In this document: positions 56,982 through 64,000 of the stretch, piece after piece
How positions within the stretch are numbered: position 1 is the stretch's first letter
Layout of the letters: every line of letters begins with the position of its first letter
NCBI GenBank assembly: GCA_964430545.1
Contig: CAYSFG010000007.1
Location: 9,072-73,071 of the forward strand
Direction: 5' to 3'
Length of the DNA: 64,000 bases
From: Candidatus Woesearchaeota archaeon
GTDB lineage: Archaea > Nanobdellota > Nanobdellia > SCGC-AAA011-G17 > GW2011-AR18
Notes under the pieces: generated by a model
The model's input: only the letters and a program-made list of their open reading frames with translations
Database searches by the model: none
Told to the model about the DNA's origin: nothing
Translations under genes and position numbers: made by a program

Positions 56982-57692
56982 TTGATGGAACATGCCATAA
57001 ATAAAGTACCAGAACATATAGGTATTATTTTAGATGGAAATCGTAGATTTGCTAAGAGATTAATGTTAAAACCATGGAAAGGACATGAACTAGGATATGA
57101 AAAAATTGAGAAATTGTTTAACTGGTGTAAAGAATTAAACATTAAAGAATTAACTTTGTATACTTTCTCTATAGAAAATTTTGACAGACCTAAAAAAGAA
57201 TTTAATTATTTAATGAAATTATTTCTTAAAGCTTTTAGTAATTTAAAAAAAGATAAGAAAAAAACTAAAGATATTTTTTTTAAGTTCATAGGCAGGTTAT
57301 ATATGTTTCCTGATAACATACAACAAGCTATGTATGATTTAATGGAAGAGACTAAAAATAATAATCCTTATAAAATCAATTTTGCTATGGCTTATGGTGG
57401 AAGAGCTGAGATTATTGATACAACTAAAAAGATTGCTGAACAAGTTAAAGATGGTAAATTAAACATTGATGAGATTAATGAAGAAGTTTTTAAACATAAT
57501 CTTTATTTAGATTCTGAACCTGATCTTATAATAAGAACATCTGAATCACGGTTGAGTGGTTTTTTAACGTTTCAATCAGTATATTCTGAATTAATATTTC
57601 TTCCAGATATTATGTGGCCTGAATTTGATAAAAAAGATTTAGTAAAATGTTTACAAGAATATTCTAATAGAAAACGTAGATTTGGTAAATGA
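56982..57692 (+). CDS. uppS: Undecaprenyl/dehydrodolichyl diphosphate synthase (cis-prenyltransferase, UppS family)
   Basis: 'HIGIILDGNRRFAKR', 'GHELGYEKIEKL', 'LTLYTFSIENFDRP' and 'RTSESRLSGFLTFQSVYSELIF' are cis-IPPS motifs. Confidence 0.85.
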   Translation: MMEHAINKVPEHIGIILDGNRRFAKRLMLKPWKGHELGYEKIEKLFNWCKELNIKELTLYTFSIENFDRPKKEFNYLMKLFLKAFSNLKKDKKKTKDIFFKFIGRLYMFPDNIQQAMYDLMEETKNNNPYKINFAMAYGGRAEIIDTTKKIAEQVKDGKLNIDEINEEVFKHNLYLDSEPDLIIRTSESRLSGFLTFQSVYSELIFLPDIMWPEFDKKDLVKCLQEYSNRKRRFGK

Positions 57693-58175
57693 TTATATTT
57701 TTATTTTCTTAATTATTTCATTAATACATTTTTCAATATTATTAATTGTAGTATCAACTTTTATAATATTATGTCCAATTTCTGATGAATCTATTAAACA
57801 TACATCAAATATTTGACTTTCTAAGTTTTCTTTTATCTTTTTTTTAGAATATTTTCTATTTTTTAGTCTTTTTTTTAGATCTTTTAGTTCTGTTTCGCAG
57901 ACTATACAATAATCAACATATTTATTAGGCAAATAATGGCTTAAGTGTGAATCTATAATTAAATTTTTCTCATTTTTAATTTCTTTTATTAGAAATTTAT
58001 TTAATTTTTTTGTATCAACTTCGTATGTATTTAGTTTTTTAATATATTTTTCTCTTAGTTTATTTTTAAGTATAATTTTATTTACATCTAAATATTTTAT
58101 TTTTAATCTTTTAGATAATTCTTTTGATAAAATTGTTTTTCCTGTTCCTACACATCCTGTTACTATTATTATCAT
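57693..58175 (-). CDS. Putative adenylate kinase isoenzyme 6/Fap7-like nucleotide kinase
   Basis: P-loop 'IIIVTGCVGTGKTILSKEL', 'IIDSHLSHYLP'; 160 aa. Confidence 0.6.
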   Translation of the reverse strand: MIIIVTGCVGTGKTILSKELSKRLKIKYLDVNKIILKNKLREKYIKKLNTYEVDTKKLNKFLIKEIKNEKNLIIDSHLSHYLPNKYVDYCIVCETELKDLKKRLKNRKYSKKKIKENLESQIFDVCLIDSSEIGHNIIKVDTTINNIEKCINEIIKKIKI

Positions 58176-58855
58176 GATATTAATGTTCCTTTATAAGTTT
58201 TAGAATTTAAAAATTTTAATACATTTTCTAATTTTTTCCCATTTATTATAATTGTTTTTATTTTGGCTTTGTTAATTATTCTTGCTGCTGCCTGATCTAA
58301 CACAAAATGTTGTCCTGCTTTATATTTTATCTCATCTACTATTTTTATAAAATCATTAAAACTTATTTGTGGTATAAACTTTGCATCTTTATATTTCTTA
58401 GGATCTTTATCATATAATCCCTCTACATTTGTGAAATTAAAGAAATATTTTGCTTTTAGATATTCAGCTATTTGTGCAGCATCTCCATCACTTGTCATAT
58501 TTGGTTGTACACCTAAAGCGCCACATACAACAATATTTTTTTTATTTAATAATTTTTTAACTTCTTTTAAACTATCTGGTATTTGGTTTCTTAAGTTTAA
58601 TATCCCACTTAATAATCTTGCATTTAATTTTGTTGACATTATTCCTACTAAACTTACAGAATATTCATCTGCTTTTTCTTTAATTAATGGTTCTATATAT
58701 TTTCTTGCTGTTTTTCCACCTCCAGTTACTATAACAATTTTATATTTTTTATTTAATTTTAATATAAATTTTTTAAACTTATGTAAATAATTATAGTCAA
58801 CATTATTTGGCACTATTAAACTTCCCCCTAATGAAAATACTAACACTTTTTTCAT
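58172..58855 (-). CDS. pyrH: UMP kinase
   Basis: 'VLVFSLGGSLIV', 'IVIVTGGGKTARKY', 'NIVVCGALGVQPNMTSDGDAAQIAEYL' and 'NVEGLYDKDPKKYKDAKFI' are amino-acid-kinase/UMPK signatures. Confidence 0.85.
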   Translation of the reverse strand: MKKVLVFSLGGSLIVPNNVDYNYLHKFKKFILKLNKKYKIVIVTGGGKTARKYIEPLIKEKADEYSVSLVGIMSTKLNARLLSGILNLRNQIPDSLKEVKKLLNKKNIVVCGALGVQPNMTSDGDAAQIAEYLKAKYFFNFTNVEGLYDKDPKKYKDAKFIPQISFNDFIKIVDEIKYKAGQHFVLDQAAARIINKAKIKTIIINGKKLENVLKFLNSKTYKGTLIS

Positions 58856-58890
58856 GATCTTATTTTATATTAATTAACTAATAAATCTTT

Positions 58891-60006
58891 CTAAATTTTT
58901 TTATAAAAATTAAATGTTTTTTTAGCTATAATATTCCAATCATATTTTAATGCATTTTGTCTTGATTTTTTTCCTAATTTTAATCTTAATTTTTTATTTT
59001 TTATTAGTTCATTTAATTTTTCTTTAAAATCTTTAATATCATTTGGTTTAGCTAATAATGCACAATCATTTAGTATATTTTTAACTTCTTCGTAATTATA
59101 CGTTAAAATGGGTTTTCCCATTGACATATATTCAAATAACTTAATAGGACACCACCAAAATCCATATACATCTAATTTTTTAAATTTTTCAGTATTAAAT
59201 GGGGCGATTAATATATCTGATGCTATTAAATATTTTGGCATTTCAAAGTAAGGTTTAGAGCCTAATAAAATTAAATTATTTAATTTTTTAGATTGAACTT
59301 CCCCATACATAGGCCCTTTTCCTATTAATATAAACTTAACATTAGTAAATTCTTTAGCTAATTCTAGTATATCTTGAACACCATGCCATTGCATAAATCC
59401 CCCAGAAAACATAACTATAATTTCATTTCCATTAATATTATGTTCATCTCTAAAATTACTCTTTATATTCGGGTTAAAAAATTCTGTATCTACCCCATTG
59501 CTAATAACTCCAATTTCTTTATTTATATATTTATTTATTATTTTTTTTAAAGTATTAGTTTGTGTTATTATTTTATTTGACTTATTTAATTTCTTTTTTA
59601 TAAGATAGTTATAAATTTTAGATTTTAAACCTTTATATAATACTATTGCTGGATCATTTATTTCTAGTATGTATTTTTTATTTTTTACAAATAATAAATC
59701 TATTGGATTAACATGAAATCTTTCGTGTATTAGGTCAGATTTTTTCACAAAATTTTTTATATAAAAATATGATTTTAAATAAGAAAATATTTTAAAAAAA
59801 GATTTTAATTTAGGTAATACAATACCATGGTAATAAACATTATTTTCCTGTTTTATTAGTCCAAGTTGATTATAAGAAAAAAATACATCTACTCTTTTAC
59901 AATATTTGCCTAAATTCTTTGTTATATTGTAAGTATGTGTAAACCCAGCATGATTTTCCCCATAATTTTCTGAAAACGCAAAATAACATATTGATAAATT
60001 TTTCAT
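58891..60006 (-). CDS. Glycosyltransferase, GT-B fold (family 4/1-like)
   Basis: C-terminal 'FSGGFMQWHGVQDILELAKEF', 'LILLGSKPYFEMPKYLIASDILIAPF' and 'EYMSMGKPILT' (E-x7-E-like region) are typical of GT4. Confidence 0.8.
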   Translation of the reverse strand: MKNLSICYFAFSENYGENHAGFTHTYNITKNLGKYCKRVDVFFSYNQLGLIKQENNVYYHGIVLPKLKSFFKIFSYLKSYFYIKNFVKKSDLIHERFHVNPIDLLFVKNKKYILEINDPAIVLYKGLKSKIYNYLIKKKLNKSNKIITQTNTLKKIINKYINKEIGVISNGVDTEFFNPNIKSNFRDEHNINGNEIIVMFSGGFMQWHGVQDILELAKEFTNVKFILIGKGPMYGEVQSKKLNNLILLGSKPYFEMPKYLIASDILIAPFNTEKFKKLDVYGFWWCPIKLFEYMSMGKPILTYNYEEVKNILNDCALLAKPNDIKDFKEKLNELIKNKKLRLKLGKKSRQNALKYDWNIIAKKTFNFYKKI

Positions 60007-60036
60007 ATTATTAAAATAAAGAATAAATATTTAAAT

Positions 60037-60324
60037 CTAATCTACTGTAAATAATTCTGAATCATGGTCTACATCAAATAATCCTAATCTTGCTCCTGCA
60101 TCTAACCATCCGTGTGCATAATTTAGTGCTGCAAATGAGGTTACATAATCTCCTTTTTTTTTAAAATATTTTGCATCTTCATAATATCTTACTGCCATGT
60201 CTAAGAAATCTTTTGCTGATTTTTTAACATCTATTTTAGCTGTATTATTTATTTTTACTTTTTTTATAGCTCTTCCAGTTATATCAAAGTATTTATCTAA
60301 TTTTTTATCATTTATTGTTTTCAT
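60037..60324 (-). CDS. Hypothetical protein (95 aa)
   Basis: ORF whose 5' 80 nt are duplicated at 63487-63567. Confidence 0.45.
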   Translation of the reverse strand: MKTINDKKLDKYFDITGRAIKKVKINNTAKIDVKKSAKDFLDMAVRYYEDAKYFKKKGDYVTSFAALNYAHGWLDAGARLGLFDVDHDSELFTVD

Positions 60325-60346
60325 AATATTAAAAAAATAAAAAGAA

Positions 60347-61405
60347 TTATGGAAATATTGCTTCTACATTTGTTGTTTGTCCTTCTACAATATTAAATGT
60401 TTTTAGTATTGCAAAATTATTTGTATTATTAATATAAACTTGCCTTTGACCTACACCTATTCCATTAATTAATATAGGGGTTGATCCTACATCCTTTCCG
60501 AGCCCAAAAATATAATTATAATTACTATATACTCTTGCTGGTATATTAGATGTAAAGTAAGCACTCCCAGTAGCAATTGGAATTAAATTAATATTATAAA
60601 CATTTGAATCTATTTGATTTACATTAATAATATTAGTATATGTTAAAAAACCATCTTTTGATACTGTTAATGTATGATCACCATAAGGTACATTATTAAA
60701 AATTACAAGACCATTAAAATCAGACATTTTTGTATTAAGACTATCACTATCTAAGGTAACTATTGCATTCTGTAGACGTTTATCAAAATTCAAACCATCA
60801 CTAAGTTTTATAGAAATATATATATTTTTAGATGGTAAAACCGTTAATATCACACTTCCTAAGTTTGTTGTTTGTCCTGATATTATATTTACATTATTAT
60901 TAGTATAATCTTGATATCCTGTTTTTGTTAATTTTATTACATGTCCACTTGGATTTATTTGATAATTTATTACTGGTGTTATTCTTCCTGTATCAATATT
61001 ATCTATAAATAATTTTGCTCCAATTGGATTTGAATTAATACTTAATGATCCTTTCATTATTTGTCTTATTGTTCCTAAATTTGTAGCTCTTTGTAATGAA
61101 ACTCTTACATTATTATCAATATAGTTTACAAATCCTGGTCTTTGTAATTCTAATTTATGAACACCTACTAAAATATTTTTTAAGTCTATTTTTCCATCAT
61201 TTCCTGTTCTTTGTTTTAGTACATTATCTAAATAAACGCTTATTATTCCTTGTGGCAATACATTTGCTTTTATAGAACCAGTGTTACCATTTGTTGCTAC
61301 ATTTCCTGTAAAATTATCACTTGATACTAAGAATAAACTTATTAATCCTATAACTAAAAATATTGTTCCCGTAAATATTTTATGTTTATGTTCCATTAAT
61401 ATCAC
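60347..61405 (-). CDS. PEGA-domain membrane-anchored surface protein
   Basis: N-terminal signal anchor 'IFTGTIFLVIGLISLFLV'. Repeated PEGA-like modules ('SNPIGAKLFIDNIDTGRITPV...LTKTGYQD', 'NAIVTLDSDS...VPYGDHTLTVSKDGF', 'IPARVYSNYNYIFG...GVGQRQVYIN'). Confidence 0.7.
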   Translation of the reverse strand: MILMEHKHKIFTGTIFLVIGLISLFLVSSDNFTGNVATNGNTGSIKANVLPQGIISVYLDNVLKQRTGNDGKIDLKNILVGVHKLELQRPGFVNYIDNNVRVSLQRATNLGTIRQIMKGSLSINSNPIGAKLFIDNIDTGRITPVINYQINPSGHVIKLTKTGYQDYTNNNVNIISGQTTNLGSVILTVLPSKNIYISIKLSDGLNFDKRLQNAIVTLDSDSLNTKMSDFNGLVIFNNVPYGDHTLTVSKDGFLTYTNIINVNQIDSNVYNINLIPIATGSAYFTSNIPARVYSNYNYIFGLGKDVGSTPILINGIGVGQRQVYINNTNNFAILKTFNIVEGQTTNVEAIFP

Positions 61406-61448
61406 CTTATTATAATTTTTATACTTATACTAGTTTATATATCTTTCT

Positions 61449-63350
61449 CTAATCAAACATTCTTCCAAAATAATTTGATGGTTTATCTTGATTTATATTT
61501 TTTTGTTGTTGATTTACAAATTCTTGTCTTGTATTTTTGTTTTCTTCTTCTTTCCAGACTTGTTGCATTCTTTGTTTAAAGTCTTCTACATCTTCTTTTG
61601 TTGCTTTTCCATATTCTTGTGTATCTTTTCTTATTCCTTTTCTTCTTAGTTCTTCTAATTTTTTTCTTCCTTGCTCATATCCTTGTTTTCTTTGATAATC
61701 TTCATAATTATTAACATTTCTACCTTTTCTCTTAAGTATAAAAAATACCATTGATCCTGTTAATAAAGCTAATAATAAATATAATCCTATTTTTCTTTCT
61801 GGTTTTTGAACATTTGAAGCTACATTTCCACTAAATACTTTTAATCCATCAAGAACAGTTGGTGGTTTGTTTATTCTTACATCTTTAAATGTTTGTTGTG
61901 TAAATGGTATATATACATCAAATAAACCATTGGGTAAAAATTTATCTAATTTTATATCATCTGTTTTTCCAACTTTTAAATTTAATGCTTCATTAAAATT
62001 TGTATTATTTGCTTGTATCTGTAAATCTTCTTTAAATATTACGTTTCCAGTATTTAATACATGTAATATTGTCCCTTCTATTGTTATTTCTAATGTTTTT
62101 TTCTCTGCAACAGTAAAACTATTATCAGCATGTAATCCTAATCCTTCAGCTCTTATTTTCCATATTCCTGGTTCTGATGATTTAGGAATTTTAGTATTAT
62201 CATGTGTATTTGTTTTAACAACCTTTGTATCAATGATTTTATTATCTGAATTTAACAAACCAGTTAATATATTCTCATTTATCTGATCTCCAGCTTGATC
62301 TAACAATACTAAATTAAATCCTATATTTTCTTCAGGCAATATGCTTTTATTATTATCAATAGTTATTGTTAAAGTTGTTGGTATTGCTTTTACTGTAAAA
62401 TTTATTATAGCTTGCCCAAAGTTTCCTTCTGCATTTTTTGTTAGTATATTTATATTATGTATCCCAGTTTTTGCATCTTTTTGTAATTTATATATTAAAC
62501 TAAATGGTTCTGTACTTGACTTAAGAGTTTTTGAAATTTTTTCTTTGCCATCAAATAAAAATTCAATAGTTAAATCATTTAAAATTTTATTATAATTGCC
62601 TGTTATAATTCCATTGATATTAACATTGTCTCCAGGATCATAAATATTCTTATCAAAGTTTAGTAATGGTTCTAATTTTCCACTTATTGTTAAATCATAT
62701 AATTTAGTATAAAAATGACTATTTCCTATATTATCAGAAATCTCTATATCAAGATTGTAACTTCCAGTAGGTATTAATCCCATGCTCTTATTATAACTTA
62801 ATTCTCCATTAATTATTCTAGTTATATCAACAAATAATGAATTATCGCCTTGTTTATAATATATAGTTGCAATTCCATTTATTAAATTTCCATTAATTGC
62901 AGTTGCTCTTCCTTTTATATTTAATATATCGCCCAATTGTAATTCTTTTTTATTTATTTCAAATTGTCCATTTAAATCATTAGAAACTTTAAATCCTGTA
63001 AATTCTTTTATTTCTATTGCATTATTTGTATTAATCTCATTTAATGAAGTTTTTATTGTACAATCTCCAATTAAATTTTTTGTAAGACTGACAAGTTGTG
63101 AATATGGTTTTTCTTTATTTGATTCAATATCTATTAGTATTGCAGCTACTTGTCCTGTATTTGAACCACAGTTTAATGCAACATTTAGATATGCTCTTAC
63201 AGCCTTATCTTCTTTTACAGTTCCAGATATTAATACTTTTTCACCAATGTTATAATTTGTTTGTGAAAAACTATTTAATTTTATTTCAGCTAATACATTA
63301 GGAATTAAAATTAAAAATATTAAAATTATAATAAGTTTTACCCCTTTCAT
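61449..63350 (-). CDS. Secreted/surface protein with N-terminal signal peptide and C-terminal TM anchor plus a basic cytoplasmic tail
   Basis: 'MKGVKLIIILIFLILIPNVLAEIK' (signal peptide), beta-rich body, 'KIGLYLLLALLTGSMVFFILKRKGRN' (TM), then a charged ~90-aa tail. Confidence 0.6.
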   Translation of the reverse strand: MKGVKLIIILIFLILIPNVLAEIKLNSFSQTNYNIGEKVLISGTVKEDKAVRAYLNVALNCGSNTGQVAAILIDIESNKEKPYSQLVSLTKNLIGDCTIKTSLNEINTNNAIEIKEFTGFKVSNDLNGQFEINKKELQLGDILNIKGRATAINGNLINGIATIYYKQGDNSLFVDITRIINGELSYNKSMGLIPTGSYNLDIEISDNIGNSHFYTKLYDLTISGKLEPLLNFDKNIYDPGDNVNINGIITGNYNKILNDLTIEFLFDGKEKISKTLKSSTEPFSLIYKLQKDAKTGIHNINILTKNAEGNFGQAIINFTVKAIPTTLTITIDNNKSILPEENIGFNLVLLDQAGDQINENILTGLLNSDNKIIDTKVVKTNTHDNTKIPKSSEPGIWKIRAEGLGLHADNSFTVAEKKTLEITIEGTILHVLNTGNVIFKEDLQIQANNTNFNEALNLKVGKTDDIKLDKFLPNGLFDVYIPFTQQTFKDVRINKPPTVLDGLKVFSGNVASNVQKPERKIGLYLLLALLTGSMVFFILKRKGRNVNNYEDYQRKQGYEQGRKKLEELRRKGIRKDTQEYGKATKEDVEDFKQRMQQVWKEEENKNTRQEFVNQQQKNINQDKPSNYFGRMFD

Positions 63351-63486
63351 AGATATAATTACTTATTAATATATTTATAAGCTTTTGGTAGATTAAATTT
63401 ATAGATTACTTTTCTTAAAGATAACTTCAATAAACAAATATATACTATTTTATGAATATTCAGATTTTTTAAGAATTATTTTTTAT

Positions 63487-63567
63487 TTTATTTTTACTTT
63501 TTTTATAGCTCTTCCAGTTATATCAAAGTATTTATCTAATTTTTTATCATTTATTGTTTTCATAATA
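63487..63567 (-). pseudogene. Duplicated 5' fragment of the 60037..60324 gene (truncated by a stop after 26 codons)
   Basis: ~95% identical to 60247-60327; translation 'MKTINDKKLDKYFDITGRAIKKVKIK*'. Confidence 0.4.
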
Positions 63568-63597
63568 AAAGTAAATTAAGAAATTATTTAATTGTTT

Positions 63598-64000
63598 CTA
63601 AATTGTAGAATTTGTTATAGTATTAGTTAATATAACATTTAAGTTTGTTGTTTGTCCTGATATTATATTTACATTATTATTAGTATAATCTTGATATCCT
63701 GTTTTTGTTAATTTTATTACATGTCCACTTGGATTTATTTGATAATTTATCACTGGTGTTATTCTTCCTGTATCAATATTATCTATAAATAATTTTGCTC
63801 CAATTGGATTTGAATTAATACTTAATGATCCTTTCATTATTTGTCTTATTGTTCCTAAATTTGTGGTACTTTGTAATGAAACTCTTACATTATTATCAAT
63901 ATAGTTTACAAATCCTGGTCTTTGTAATTCTAATTCATGAACACCTACTGGAATATTTTTTAAGTCTATTTTACCATTACTCCTTGTTGTTTGTTTTAGT
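63598..64000 (-). CDS. Truncated paralog of the PEGA-domain protein (5' end beyond the window edge)
   Basis: 63641-64000 is ~95% identical to 60861-61220. The ORF 'MKGSLSINSNPIGAKLFIDNIDTGRITPV...ISGQTTNL' then diverges to a new short C-terminus (NVILTNTITNSTI). Confidence 0.5.
   Translation of the reverse strand, partial: LKQTTRSNGKIDLKNIPVGVHELELQRPGFVNYIDNNVRVSLQSTTNLGTIRQIMKGSLSINSNPIGAKLFIDNIDTGRITPVINYQINPSGHVIKLTKTGYQDYTNNNVNIISGQTTNLNVILTNTITNSTI

Noticed and set aside
1-64000. CRISPR arrays, rRNA genes and a ribosomal L37ae/RpoP pair in the exosome superoperon
   Set aside because: No regularly spaced direct repeats of 25-40 nt were found in any intergenic region. No rRNA-like GC-rich structured stretch exists. 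No small zinc-ribbon ORFs are present between rrp42 and rpoK, which overlap by 4 nt.

Overview
This is an AT-rich (about 25–30% GC) archaeal chromosomal segment. It carries many archaeal informational genes: L15e, an archaeal histone, the uL1–uL10(P0)–P1 stalk operon, the L7Ae–S28e–L24e cluster, NDK, aIF5B, S6e and S2. There is also a 10-gene minus-strand superoperon (Rpp30-like, Pop5, proteasome alpha, SBDS, Rrp4, Rrp41, Rrp42, RpoK/Rpo6, a degenerate enolase-like gene, then S2), plus SecF/SecD, GatB, UMP kinase and UppS. Strong AGGAGG-type Shine-Dalgarno sites, four intron-containing tRNA genes (one with two introns), an intein and surface-protein genes suggest a small-genome (DPANN-like) archaeon; this is inference, not a database result.

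Notable observations: (i) an XPD/Rad3-type helicase whose Walker A motif is interrupted by a ~509-aa LAGLIDADG intein; (ii) an enolase homolog that keeps its conserved archaeal position but has lost the SGETED catalytic signature; (iii) a bacterial-type lipoprotein signal peptidase (LspA) with one catalytic Asp replaced; (iv) two TA-like PIN modules; (v) an unannotatable two-gene cassette (506 aa unknown + 681 aa split TIM-barrel with a long coiled-coil insert) next to a Bro-N/DinD-like gene, possibly part of an integrated island downstream of a tRNA; (vi) an 880+-aa surface protein whose signal-peptide region is in frame but lacks a canonical start codon (an ATG-TAA start-stop sits in the -1 frame); (vii) a diverged tandem segmental duplication of a PEGA-domain surface gene at the window end.

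No CRISPR array or rRNA was seen.
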